Shown here in pieces: positions 9,759 through 19,213 of a stretch of DNA of 64,000 nucleotides (within the stretch, counting starts at the first letter, position 1; the number at the start of each line of letters is the position of its first letter). The DNA comes from Candidatus Eiseniibacteriota bacterium. GTDB taxonomy: Bacteria > Eisenbacteria > RBG-16-71-46. Where the stretch lies: contig OY970178.1 in NCBI GenBank assembly GCA_963707915.1, positions 2,198,103 to 2,262,102 of the forward strand, given 5' to 3'. The notes beneath the pieces are model-generated. The model searched no databases. It saw only the letters and a program-made list of their open reading frames with translations, and was not told where the DNA came from. A program made the position numbers and the translations under genes.

Positions 9759-10820
9759 TCAGCGCGCGCCGCCGGTCTTCTGGCGGTAGGCGTCGCGCGC
9801 GCGGCGCGCCAGGTCGAGGATGTCGGGCGGCACGCGGATGCCCTTCATCCCGTTGGCGAACTCCTCCGCCGCCTGGCGGAACTGGGTGGCGCTCGCCCCG
9901 CTCACGACGTTCACCCGGAGCCCGCGCTTCTTCATCTCGGCCACGGCGGTGGTGTCCTGGCGCGGCACCTCGACCTCGAGCTTGTGCTCGAGCTGGCGGC
10001 AGGACGCCATGATCCGTGCGCGGTCGGCCTCCGAGATCTTCATCCACGCCTGCTTGGTCATGACCAGCCCGCCGACCAGGGGCGCCAGCCCCATGCCCAC
10101 CAGGTTGGGCGTCATCCGGTACCACTGCAGCGTGAGCCCGAGCAGCGGCGTGGTCGGGTAGGCGTCGATCATCCCGGTCTGCAGGGCGGTCATGATGTCG
10201 GTGGCCGCGAGCGGCACGGGCTGGAAGTGGAGGTCCCGCCAGAGCGCCACCATCTGGTCGTCGCCCGCCCAGACGAACATCTTGGTCTTGCGCAGCCCCT
10301 CCGCCGACTCGACCGGCTGCTTGGTGAAGAAGTACACCCAGCCGCCGTGCCCCCAGGCCAGCAGCACGAAGCCCTTGGCGTCGAGCCGCTGCTTCAGCAC
10401 CGGCGTCAGCTGGTCGAGCGTGGCGTAGAGCTCGGGGTAGGAGGTGAAGAACATCGGGATGTTGAAGACGTTGAACGCCGGGTCGATGTTGGCCAGCCCC
10501 GCGGTGGTGACCGCCGCGGCCTGCAACTGGCCGATGCGCATCTTGCGAACCAGGTCCGGCTCGTCACCCGCCACGCCGCCCGGGTAGACGCGCAGCACGA
10601 CCCGCCCCTGCGTTCCGGCGGTCCACTGGGCGCCCATGTCGCGCATCGACTTGTCCCAGACCGACCCCTCGGGCACCAGCGTGGCGAGCTTGACGACCTG
10701 CGGCTGCGCCACCGCGGGCGCGGGCGCCAGCGTGGCCACGGCCAGCGCGAGCGCGGCGGCGCACAGCGCGGCCGGGACGGCGGAACGGACGGAGGATCTC
10801 ACCTGCGGGACATGTCCCAT
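9759..10820 (-). CDS. TRAP transporter substrate-binding protein (DctP family), TatT-associated
   Basis: The ATG at 10820 overlaps the TatT stop (TGATG). It carries a signal peptide, and the body is a typical DctP-like periplasmic SBP (VWDKSMRD...GGWVYF...). The track ORF is an over-extended 838 aa. Confidence 0.8.
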   Translation of the reverse strand: MGHVPQVRSSVRSAVPAALCAAALALAVATLAPAPAVAQPQVVKLATLVPEGSVWDKSMRDMGAQWTAGTQGRVVLRVYPGGVAGDEPDLVRKMRIGQLQAAAVTTAGLANIDPAFNVFNIPMFFTSYPELYATLDQLTPVLKQRLDAKGFVLLAWGHGGWVYFFTKQPVESAEGLRKTKMFVWAGDDQMVALWRDLHFQPVPLAATDIMTALQTGMIDAYPTTPLLGLTLQWYRMTPNLVGMGLAPLVGGLVMTKQAWMKISEADRARIMASCRQLEHKLEVEVPRQDTTAVAEMKKRGLRVNVVSGASATQFRQAAEEFANGMKGIRVPPDILDLARRARDAYRQKTGGAR

Positions 10821-11782
10821 CACTTCTCCTGGGTCGGCGTGGTGTCGGGGGGAGCGGAGTCGTCGACGAAGAGCTCGTCCTCGTGCGCGAGCAGGTCGCG
10901 CGCCTTGCGCTGCAGGACGATGGTGACCAGGCGCTGGGAGGGGTCGCGGTCCGGGTCGAACTCGAGCGAGCGATTCAGCAGGCGCTCGAACTCCTGCCGG
11001 TCCTGCCGGAGCACCGAGATGGTCGTGGCCAGCGTCACGTACGGCGAGGCCTTGGTGTCGTGCGAGAGCTCCACCGCCCGGGCGAAGTGCGCGCGCGCCC
11101 GCACCTCCGAGCCGCCCATCACCTCGGGCAGCGCGTCGAGCAGGATGAGCGCCTCGTGGATCGCGCCGCCCTCGTAGCCCTCGTCGAGCGCGAGCCCGCG
11201 CTCCATCAGGGCCCGGATCGCCGGCAGGTCGGCCAGCAGCTCCGGCCGGTCCTTGCCGAGCGAGATGGCCGAGCCCCACGAGGCCGCGGTCCAGTAGAGC
11301 ATCGGCAGGTCGCGCTTCTGGATGCGCGCCGCGGCCTTCACCGGATCGAGCTGGAGCTCGGCGGAGATGCCCCGGCAGCGCTTCTCGAGTCCCCGCAGCC
11401 CGTAGCCACGGGCCCGCAGGTAGAGCTTGAGGGCGCGCTCGTGCAGGCGCGTGGCCCGGGCGTAGTCGCTGTTCACCAGCACGTCGCCTTCGGCCTGCAC
11501 GAACGCGTAGGAGTACTGCGTGAAGCCCTTGCACAGGGTGAGCAGCAGCCCTTCGTGGTCGGGCACCACCGCGAGCAGCGACTCCATGGTCTTCAGGCCG
11601 AACGGGAGCGCGTCGCGCACCAGCTCGGGGTCCTCGTCGGTGCCGTAGACGTCCACGCCGCTGGTGAGCGAGTTCGCCACGCTCTTGACCGCCCAGCGCT
11701 TGACCGAACACGAGGCGAGCGCCAGGGGCAGCGCGAGGAGCAGGAGGAACGCGAGGAACCGACGCGGTGCACGGAGGGACAT
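10820..11782 (-). CDS. tatT: TatT-family TPR lipoprotein (TRAP-T accessory component)
   Basis: 320 aa with a signal peptide plus lipobox (LALASCS), a TPR-like helical body, and the position immediately upstream of dctP/dctQM that defines the TPAT subfamily. Confidence 0.75.
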   Translation of the reverse strand: MSLRAPRRFLAFLLLLALPLALASCSVKRWAVKSVANSLTSGVDVYGTDEDPELVRDALPFGLKTMESLLAVVPDHEGLLLTLCKGFTQYSYAFVQAEGDVLVNSDYARATRLHERALKLYLRARGYGLRGLEKRCRGISAELQLDPVKAAARIQKRDLPMLYWTAASWGSAISLGKDRPELLADLPAIRALMERGLALDEGYEGGAIHEALILLDALPEVMGGSEVRARAHFARAVELSHDTKASPYVTLATTISVLRQDRQEFERLLNRSLEFDPDRDPSQRLVTIVLQRKARDLLAHEDELFVDDSAPPDTTPTQEK

Positions 11783-11991
11783 GCCCGCACGCTAGCGCGG
11801 GGCCGGAGACGGGGTCAAGCGCGGGGAGTCGAGCGCCAGGCAGGCGGTGCCCGGAGGAGACGGTGGGCGAGCGCATGGTGCCTCGGCTCGTCCACCGTCT
11901 CCTCCGGGCACCGCAGCCGCACGCACCCGGCGGACCCGGTGCGCGGAGCCCCGACCGGCGGCATCGTCGCCGCGCGGCAGGGCGAGTCCCA

Positions 11992-13407
11992 TCACCGCGG
12001 CAGCGTCCCCATCGCCAGGCGCGCCAGCCACAGCACGGCGAGCGCGGCGGCGTTCGCGGCGAGCACGCGCGGGATCCAGCGGTCGGGGCGCGTGCGCAGG
12101 CGGCCCGCGAGCCAGGCCGCCCACAGCGCCCACGCCCCCAGCAGTTGAAGCACCAGCGCCGCCGCCCACGGGTGTAGCGCCAGCGAATCCCTCCACGTGC
12201 CGCGCGCGAGCAGCGCCAGCGCGCGGGTGACGCCGCAGGTCGGGCACGCGATCCCGCCCCCGCGCCGCAAGGCACACAGCGGCCCGCCGGTGCCGGCGCT
12301 CGAAGCGGCGAGGGCCGCCCAGCCGAGCGCCAGCACCGCGCCCGCCACGAGCCACGACAGCCACGCGCCGCGCCGGCTCCCGACCAGCGCGAGCGCGTGA
12401 TCCGGCGCGAGGCTCACGCGGGTGTCCCCGGACCCGGCGTCGCCGGCGGCACCGGTGTCCCCGGCGGCAGCGGGCGACGGTCCCGGCGGCGCGGAGGCGA
12501 AGACCTGGAAGTCGGGGCCGAACTGCCCGAGGAACTCGGGCCCGAACGCCCGGAACGCCACGTGCAACGGCAGCAGGACCACCTGGCCGATGTACGGCGT
12601 CACGACCAGCAGGAAACCGACGCAGCAGGTCGCGAACCCCGCGGCCACCACCACCGCGCCGACCACGACGAAGAGCACCAGCACCAGCAGCGCGTAGAGC
12701 ACGAACCGCCCTAGGTGCTCGCGCAGGAGCGGCAGGAAGCGCCGCCAGGCCTCGTTCGTCCGAAGTCCGTGCCGGTACATGAGCGGCACCACGAAGTCGT
12801 CGAGCAGCAGTCCCACGAACGCAGCCAGCAACGCCACGAAGCCCACCAGCGCGATGCCGCCGACGATCGGCGGCGCCATGGCCACGCGCTCGTGGAAGCC
12901 GAGCCAGCCGAGGAACGCGGTGCCGATGGTCGCGAAGATCAGCCCGAGGATCAGCACGCCCGACACGATCGCGAAGCCGAGCTTCCACAGGAAGAGCGAA
13001 TTCCCGAGCGGCGCGGTGCGGTGCCAGGGCTCGACGATCGCGGCGCGCCCGAGGGCCACGCCCTCGAGGAAGACGAACTTGCCGCGCGAGCCCAGCCACA
13101 GGAAGACGACGCCGACCGCGAGGGCCAGGACGATGATTCCCGCCAGCAGCGGTCCCCAGACCAGCGCCGGCAGAAGATCGTGCGGGTGGAACCCCGGGAT
13201 CGAGGGCGTGGGGAAGTGGCCGCCGGGGAAGTACCCGAGCCGCGACTTCCGCTCCCACCCCGAGTGCCCCCAACCGCCGGAGAACCAGTCCGAGAGGAAG
13301 GCGGCGAAGCCCAGCACGAGCCAGGTCTCGAACCGGAACGGCGTGAACAGGATGCTTCGGGCGCGCGCGATGGCGCTCTGCAATGGACCGAGGTAGGAGA
13401 TGTTCAA
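11992..13407 (-). CDS. Polytopic membrane protein; the N-terminal multi-TM domain is fused to a C-terminal DUF2752-like domain (CPxCGxTRA motif)
   Basis: A TTG start at 13407 sits 6 nt after GGGAGG. There are about 10 TM helices. The C-terminal ~130 aa contain GIACPTCGVTRALALL, which is typical of DUF2752. A Pro/Ala/Gly-rich linker separates the two halves. Confidence 0.6.
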   Translation of the reverse strand: MNISYLGPLQSAIARARSILFTPFRFETWLVLGFAAFLSDWFSGGWGHSGWERKSRLGYFPGGHFPTPSIPGFHPHDLLPALVWGPLLAGIIVLALAVGVVFLWLGSRGKFVFLEGVALGRAAIVEPWHRTAPLGNSLFLWKLGFAIVSGVLILGLIFATIGTAFLGWLGFHERVAMAPPIVGGIALVGFVALLAAFVGLLLDDFVVPLMYRHGLRTNEAWRRFLPLLREHLGRFVLYALLVLVLFVVVGAVVVAAGFATCCVGFLLVVTPYIGQVVLLPLHVAFRAFGPEFLGQFGPDFQVFASAPPGPSPAAAGDTGAAGDAGSGDTRVSLAPDHALALVGSRRGAWLSWLVAGAVLALGWAALAASSAGTGGPLCALRRGGGIACPTCGVTRALALLARGTWRDSLALHPWAAALVLQLLGAWALWAAWLAGRLRTRPDRWIPRVLAANAAALAVLWLARLAMGTLPR

Positions 13408-13689
13408 TGGCGGCCTCCCGCGCCGCGCGGGCGCGCTGGGTGTCCCGGGATGCCGCGGGCGCTCCGGCGGGGAGCGGCGCGAGGGTGCGGAGGCCGGCGG
13501 CGTGGCTCACGGACCACAGTTCGTGCCAGTCCGTGGCAACACCATATCAAAGGAGCGCCTCCGGCACCCGCCCCAAGACGCCCGTCAGCGATTCGGTGTC
13601 AGGCAACGATGGTAGGCCCGACGCCGTGACGGTCAGCCGTAGATCCGGGCTGCAGAGACTCTTCGATGGCCGTGCGGCGCACCGCCGCG

Positions 13690-14781
13690 TCAGTGCAGCC
13701 GCTTCCGGCGGTTCCGCACGAAGTCGCGGAACACGTAGGCGCCGAGGTTCTGCGGGTCGGCCTCGTAGATGCGGCCATGGTTCAATTCCGTCAGGCGGCG
13801 CACGAAGTCGAGCAGCGGCGGGTCGGCCGCGAGCATGAAGGTCGTGATGGTGATGCGCTTGCGGCGGCAGTGCGCCGCCTCGTCGAGCGTGCGGTTCACG
13901 ATCTTGGGGTCGAGGCCAAAGGGGTTCTTGTAGAGCCCGCCCGGCTCGCGGATGGCCGAGGGTTTGCCGTCGGTGACCATGAAGATCTGCTTGTTCACGC
14001 CCCGGCGGCCCTCGAGGATGCGCCGGGCCAGCGCGAGCCCGGCCTGCGTGTTGGTGTGGAACGGCCCGGCCTGGATCTTGAGCAGGTCGCGGATCGGCAC
14101 CTGCACGGCGTCGTCGCCGAACAGCACGACGTCGAGCGAGTCCTTGGGGTAGCGCGTCTCGATCAGGTGGGCCAGCGCCAGCGCGATCTTCTTCGCCGGC
14201 GTGATGCGGTCCTCGCCGTAGAGGATCATGCTGTGGCTCACGTCCACCATCAGCACGGTGGCGGCCGACGAGAGGTGCTCCTGCTCGTAGACCTCGAGGT
14301 CCTCCTCCTCGAGCCTCAGCTCGTCGATGCCGCGGTTGCGGACGGCGTTGCTCAGCGTGGCGAGCGGATCGAGGCTGCCGAGGTCGTCGCCGAACCGCCA
14401 GGGCCGGGTCTCCGAGAGGCGCTCGCCGCCGTGGCCGGCGACCGGCGTGCGGTGGTCCCCCGCCCCGCCGGCCTGCAGCGCCGAGAAGATCTCGTTGAGC
14501 GAATCCTGGCGGATGCGCTTCTCGCCCTGCGGCGTGACCTCGAAGCCCTCCTCCGTGCGCCGGGCCTCGCCCGACTCCTCGAGCAGCTTCTTGAAGTCGT
14601 CGAGCCCGAACTTCTCGTTGAAGAAGCCGTACTGCTCGCCGAAGTGCGCCATCCAGCGCAGCGCCTCGTCCACGTCACCGCCGGTCTGGAGCAGCAGGTT
14701 CCGGTAGATCTCCAGCATCTGCCGGATGAACTCGAGATCCCCGGGCCTCGGGCCCCGCCACTGCTTGTAGTCGAAGCGCAC
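13690..14781 (-). CDS. VWA domain protein of the CoxE/vWA-MoxR-associated type
   Basis: 363 aa with a C-terminal VWA domain carrying the MIDAS motif (VLMVDVSHSM ... TDG) and an N-terminal helical region. It is the last gene of a three-gene unit with an AAA+ ATPase. Confidence 0.8.
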   Translation of the reverse strand: MRFDYKQWRGPRPGDLEFIRQMLEIYRNLLLQTGGDVDEALRWMAHFGEQYGFFNEKFGLDDFKKLLEESGEARRTEEGFEVTPQGEKRIRQDSLNEIFSALQAGGAGDHRTPVAGHGGERLSETRPWRFGDDLGSLDPLATLSNAVRNRGIDELRLEEEDLEVYEQEHLSSAATVLMVDVSHSMILYGEDRITPAKKIALALAHLIETRYPKDSLDVVLFGDDAVQVPIRDLLKIQAGPFHTNTQAGLALARRILEGRRGVNKQIFMVTDGKPSAIREPGGLYKNPFGLDPKIVNRTLDEAAHCRRKRITITTFMLAADPPLLDFVRRLTELNHGRIYEADPQNLGAYVFRDFVRNRRKRLH

Positions 14782-14799
14782 CGCCGCCCCTCCCGCCGC

Positions 14800-15435
14800 C
14801 TAGCCGTCGCGGCGCGCGATGAGCACCGCGTAGCCGGGATTGCCGTCGCGGGGCTCGGAGCCTTCGGCCTCGATCGACAGCCCGGCTTCGGCGAACCAGC
14901 GGCGGTAGGTCGCCACGTCCGCCTGGCTGTAGTACATGCGCACGCCCGGCACGCCGCGCCAGTCCTTCTCGACCCCGGTCCACGGCTGCTTGCCGACCAT
15001 GGCGAGGAACCGCCCGCCGGGCGCGAGCCAGCCCGCCACGCGCGCGATCAGCGGGGACTGGTCGGCCAGGGGCAGGTTGAAGATGGAGTAGAACGCGACC
15101 ACCGCGTCGAAGGAGCCCGACGGGAACTCGACGGCGGTCATGTCGGCGCAGACGAAATCCGCCTCGGGCACCAGCCGGCAGGCGCGCGCGATCTGCACGC
15201 CCGAGAGGTCCACGCCGGTCACGGCGAAGCGCTTCGCCAGCTCCCGCGCCACCGGCACGCCGTTGCCGCAGCCCAGGTCGAGCACGCGCGCTCCGTCGGC
15301 CAGCGCGGGCGTGAAGCGGCCGAGCCAGTAGCCGTAGCCCGTGCCCGCGAGGTCGAAGGTGTCGCCGCGGTAGGCGTGGGACGCCAGGTCGTAGCCCACG
15401 CGCACCAGCTCGCGCGGGTCGCGGATGTGGTCCAT
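14800..15435 (-). CDS. Class I SAM-dependent methyltransferase
   Basis: ATG at 15435, 211 aa, with motif I VLDLGCGNG and a post-I acidic residue, plus DAVVAFYSIFNL. The 71 residues the track adds N-terminally are an artefact that overlaps the ATPase 3' end. Confidence 0.75.
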   Translation of the reverse strand: MDHIRDPRELVRVGYDLASHAYRGDTFDLAGTGYGYWLGRFTPALADGARVLDLGCGNGVPVARELAKRFAVTGVDLSGVQIARACRLVPEADFVCADMTAVEFPSGSFDAVVAFYSIFNLPLADQSPLIARVAGWLAPGGRFLAMVGKQPWTGVEKDWRGVPGVRMYYSQADVATYRRWFAEAGLSIEAEGSEPRDGNPGYAVLIARRDG

Positions 15436-15502
15436 CGGCCGTTCGGGGGTGCCCGCGCGGTGCGGGGGTCCGGGCCGGTCCGCCAGGTGTCTCGCCACCG
15501 GC

Positions 15503-17002
15503 TCAGTCCTCGCCGATCCCGCTGAGCATGGACTTGAGCATGTCCTTGTAGGACGTGCGCGCGTCGTCGCTGCGCTCGCGCGAGAGCATGGAGTTCTGGT
15601 GCAGCCCCTCGAGCACGAACTCCATCGCCACCGCGGCCTCGCCGGCATCCTTCGGCTCGAGGTACCGGTCCGCCAGCGCCGCCAGCCCGTTCACGCCGGC
15701 CAGCTGGCTGGCGTACTCGGCCTGCGGCATGTCGTCCGCGATCGCGACGCCGTGCCCGGCGGTGAACCACTCGAGCACCGTGCGGTACTCGGACGGCACC
15801 GGCTCGGGCGGCGGCATCCCGGCGGTGCGGCGCGCCCGCTTCGGCTTGAACGCATCGGGGAAGCGCTGGGAGAAGAGCGACTTGATGCCGCGACCGAGCA
15901 GCGCGCGGGCCACGTTCAGTGCCCCCTCCTGCTCGCCCTCGAGCACCAGCTCGACCTTGCCGCTCACCGCGGAGACCGCCTGCTGCAGGTCGCACACCCG
16001 CGCGACCACGCGCGGCTCGCCGGTGACCAGGCCGCGGCGCTCGGCGTTCGAGACCAGGTTCTCCATCAGCGCGATCGGGAGCCGCGCGGACACCCCCGAG
16101 TTCTGGTCCACGTACTCGCTGTGGCGCGCCTGGATGGCGACCTCCTCCACCAGCTCGCGCAGGAAACCGGGCACCGCGACATCGACGGCACCGCCGCGCT
16201 CGGTCCAGGACTCCTGCGCCGTGATGGCCATGCCGTCCTCGCGGGCCAGCGGGTAGTGGGTGATGATCTGCGAGCTGATGCGGTCCCGCAGCGGCGTGAT
16301 GATGTTCCCGCGGTTGGTGTAGTCCTCGGGGTTGGCCGAGAACACCACCAGCAGGTCGAGCGGCATGCGCACCGGGAAACCGCGGATCTGGAAGTCCTTC
16401 TCCTCGAGGATGTTCAGCAGCCCGACCTGGATCCGCGGCTGCAGGTCGGGCAACTCGTTGATGGCGAAGATGCCGCGGTTGGTGCGCGGGATGATGCCGT
16501 AGTGGATGACGCGCTCGTCCGAGTAGTCGAGCTTGAGCGTCGCCGCCTTGATCGGGTCGATGTCGCCGATCAGGTCCGCGATGGTGACGTCGGGCGTGGC
16601 CAGCTTCTCCTGGTAGCGCTGCTCGCGGCCGAGCCACACCAGCGGCGTCTCGTCGCCCAGCGTCCCGACCAGCTGGCGCGCGTGGCGGGTGACCGGGTCG
16701 AAGGGGTCGCTGTTGAGCGGGCAGCCCTCGACCGCCGGGATCCACTCGTCGAGGAAGCGTGCGAGGGAGCGCAGCAGCCGGGTCTTGGCCTGGCCGCGCA
16801 GGCCGAGCAGGATGAAGTCGTGGCGCGAGAGCAGGGCGTTCACGATCTGCGGCTCGACCGTGCGCTCGTAGCCGACGATGCCGGGGAACAGCCGCTCGCC
16901 CGAGCGGACCGCGGCGATGAGGTTCGCGCGCAACTCCTCGCGGACCGGCCGGGGCCGGTAGCCGGAGGCCTTGAGCGCTCCGAAGGTGCGGGGACGGGTC
17001 AT
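15503..17002 (-). CDS. AAA+ ATPase of the Mg-chelatase/MoxR-like (sigma-54-interaction-like) type
   Basis: ATG at 17002, 499 aa, with Walker A-like GLRGQAKT, a Walker B/sensor region (LLVVFSANPED), an arginine finger, and a C-terminal ~170-aa extension. It pairs with the downstream VWA gene. Confidence 0.75.
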   Translation of the reverse strand: MTRPRTFGALKASGYRPRPVREELRANLIAAVRSGERLFPGIVGYERTVEPQIVNALLSRHDFILLGLRGQAKTRLLRSLARFLDEWIPAVEGCPLNSDPFDPVTRHARQLVGTLGDETPLVWLGREQRYQEKLATPDVTIADLIGDIDPIKAATLKLDYSDERVIHYGIIPRTNRGIFAINELPDLQPRIQVGLLNILEEKDFQIRGFPVRMPLDLLVVFSANPEDYTNRGNIITPLRDRISSQIITHYPLAREDGMAITAQESWTERGGAVDVAVPGFLRELVEEVAIQARHSEYVDQNSGVSARLPIALMENLVSNAERRGLVTGEPRVVARVCDLQQAVSAVSGKVELVLEGEQEGALNVARALLGRGIKSLFSQRFPDAFKPKRARRTAGMPPPEPVPSEYRTVLEWFTAGHGVAIADDMPQAEYASQLAGVNGLAALADRYLEPKDAGEAAVAMEFVLEGLHQNSMLSRERSDDARTSYKDMLKSMLSGIGED

Positions 17003-17256
17003 CGAATGGCTTCTCCTGGAGTGCCGCGGAGCCACGGCCCGGCGACGATGCGATCGTGCGACGAGCCCGGAGATCCGCGCCAGCGGCGCGCTCGCGCAAG
17101 GTCCCCGGGGCTGCGCACTTGGATGCCCGGGCCGGGGCGGGGATTCCGACGCCCGGATTAGAGTCGGTCCGGCGCCCATCCGCAAGCGGAGGCGCCCGCT
17201 CGAACCTTCCGACCGTTGCCACCCCGCGTCGGGCTCGTTCGTCAGCGCGCTGCGCT

Positions 17257-18417
17257 ATGCTGACGGCCATGCGTGACCCCGCCCTGCTCGAGGAATGCCG
17301 CGCCCTGCGGCGCGCGGTCGAGCCCTACCCGACCCTCGCGGCGCTCCGCGGCGCGCCGGAGTGGACGGAACTCGGCCCGCGCCTGCAGCGCCTGCTCGGC
17401 ACGCCCCGTTTCACGCCGGCGCCCGCGGACCCGCCGCCGCCGTCCGATCCCGCGCGGGTGCGGGCCGTGCACTGGAACATCGAGCACGGCAACGAGTACG
17501 AGCAGGTCGAGCGGGCGCTGCTCACGCACGGCGCGCTGCGCGGCGCGGACCTCGTCCTGCTCAACGAGGTGGACCTCGGCATGGCGCGCGCCGGCAACCG
17601 GGACGTCGCCGCGGACCTCGCGCGCGCGCTCGGGCTGCACGGCGTCTTCGCCCCGCTGTTCCTCGAACTGACGCCGGGGCGCGACGACGACCTGCGCTTC
17701 GCGGCGCGGCGCGAGAACCAGGAGAGCCTGTTCGGCGTCGCCATCCTCTCGCGCTGGCCCGTCTCCGCGGTGCGCGTCGTGGAACTGCCCAGCCCCGAGC
17801 GCGTCCAGTTCGAGGTCGAGCGCATGGTCGGACGCCACGTCGGACTCGTGGCCACGATCGAGCGGCCGGGGGCGCCGTTCGTCGCGGTCGCGGCCCACCT
17901 CGAGGTCCACCGCACGCGCGGCCACCGCGCGGCCCAGGTGCGCGTGCTCGCGGGCGCCCTGGGCGGCGAGCGGCGCGCCGTGATCCTCGCGGGCGACTTC
18001 AACTCCCACACCTTCGACCGCGGACGGTGGCACACGCCGCTGGCCGGCGCGCTGGCCCTGCTGCTGACGCCGGGCGGGGCGCTCGAGCGCCGGTTGCTGC
18101 ATCCCGACGAGGGCCCGGCGCGCGAGCCGCTCTTCGACGAGCTGCGCGGCGCGGGCTTCGCGTGGACGCCGTTCACGGACCGCGAGCCCACGCTGTGCCT
18201 GCGCTTCGACCGGCTGGAGGAACTGCGCGCGCTCTTCGGCCCGGCGCACGGCCTGGCGCGCCGGATCTTCGCCCGCGCCGAGCGACGCGCGCGCCTGCGG
18301 CTCGACTGGTTCGCGGGCCGCGGCTGGAGCGGCGGGCGCGGGGCCACCGTGCCCGGACTCGACGGTCCCGGGCGGGCGAGCGACCACGCGCCGCTGGTGG
18401 CGGAGTTCAGGGAGTAG
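17257..18417 (+). CDS. Endonuclease/exonuclease/phosphatase (EEP) family protein
   Basis: 386 aa with EEP motifs (VHWNIEHG, LLNEVD, GDFNS, SDHAP). An alternative ATG lies at 17269. Confidence 0.8.
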   Translation: MLTAMRDPALLEECRALRRAVEPYPTLAALRGAPEWTELGPRLQRLLGTPRFTPAPADPPPPSDPARVRAVHWNIEHGNEYEQVERALLTHGALRGADLVLLNEVDLGMARAGNRDVAADLARALGLHGVFAPLFLELTPGRDDDLRFAARRENQESLFGVAILSRWPVSAVRVVELPSPERVQFEVERMVGRHVGLVATIERPGAPFVAVAAHLEVHRTRGHRAAQVRVLAGALGGERRAVILAGDFNSHTFDRGRWHTPLAGALALLLTPGGALERRLLHPDEGPAREPLFDELRGAGFAWTPFTDREPTLCLRFDRLEELRALFGPAHGLARRIFARAERRARLRLDWFAGRGWSGGRGATVPGLDGPGRASDHAPLVAEFRE

Positions 18418-19213
18418 CCGGGGCGGCGCCGGGACGCCGCCCCGACGAGGTCCGGCGCGGCAGGCCGAGATCCGTGACCTGGGCGAGCTGCTCCTCGGTG
18501 AGCACCGGTCCCTCGACGCAGAGCCGGAGGCCGGAACCGTCCATGCAGCACTGTCCGCAGATCCCGAATCCGCACTTCATGGTGCGCTCGAAGCTCAGCT
18601 GGACCGGGATCCCGCCGTGGCGCAGCGCCAGCTCGCGCACGACGACGAGCATGGCCTCCGGTCCGCTGCCGTAGATCGTCGTCGGCCGGCCGCGTCCGAG
18701 CGCCCGCTCGAGCGCCCGCGTCACCGTTCCGCGCTCGCCCACGCTGCCGTCGTCGCTGCAGAGGAGCGCCGTGCCGGTCAGCTCGGGGGCGAAGACGAGG
18801 TCCGCGGCACACCGCACGCCGACCAGGAAGCGGAAGGGCAGGCCCGCCGCCTCGAGCGCGTGGGCGAGGAACCGCAGCGGCGCGACGCCGATCCCGCCCG
18901 CGACGAGGACCCCGCCGGGACGCAGCACGAAGCCCCGGCCGAAGGGCCCCCGCACCCCGATGCGGTCGCCGGCCCCGGCCTCCACCAGTCTTCGCGAGAA
19001 CGGCCCCACCGCCTTGATCGTGAACTCGAAGCGGCCGTCGCGGATGTCGGAGAGCGAGAGCGGCTTCTCGTCCACGCCGGGCAACCACAGGTTCACGAAC
19101 TGCCCCGGGTGCACCGGGAACAGCTCGTCGGTGTACAGGCTCGCGAGGCCGGGCCCGTGGCGCCTGACCTCGAGCACGCGGCAGGTGCGCACGCGGGCGG
19201 GATCATGCGTCAT
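18407..19213 (-). CDS. pyrK: Dihydroorotate dehydrogenase electron-transfer subunit
   Basis: 268 aa with an FAD/NAD-binding fold (VLVAGGIGVAP) and a C-terminal 2Fe-2S cysteine cluster CGFGICGQCC. It overlaps the pyrD 3' end by 11 nt. Confidence 0.85.
   Translation of the reverse strand: MTHDPARVRTCRVLEVRRHGPGLASLYTDELFPVHPGQFVNLWLPGVDEKPLSLSDIRDGRFEFTIKAVGPFSRRLVEAGAGDRIGVRGPFGRGFVLRPGGVLVAGGIGVAPLRFLAHALEAAGLPFRFLVGVRCAADLVFAPELTGTALLCSDDGSVGERGTVTRALERALGRGRPTTIYGSGPEAMLVVVRELALRHGGIPVQLSFERTMKCGFGICGQCCMDGSGLRLCVEGPVLTEEQLAQVTDLGLPRRTSSGRRPGAAPATP

Noticed and set aside
7719-11177. A 1152-aa ORF on the + strand (Arg/Glu/Asp/Gln-rich 'protein')
   Set aside because: It is antisense to the TRAP permease, dctP and tatT genes. 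Its composition is extremely biased (R, E, D, G, H runs) with no hydrophobic cores or motifs. This is the typical spurious long ORF of about 70% GC DNA.
13408-13689. A 282-bp non-coding gap between the VWA gene and the DUF2752 membrane-protein gene, containing an AT-richer patch (CACCATATCAAAGGAGCG)
   Set aside because: I could not identify a convincing -35/-10 pair, small ORF or structured RNA. It is probably just the promoter region for the TTG-start membrane gene.
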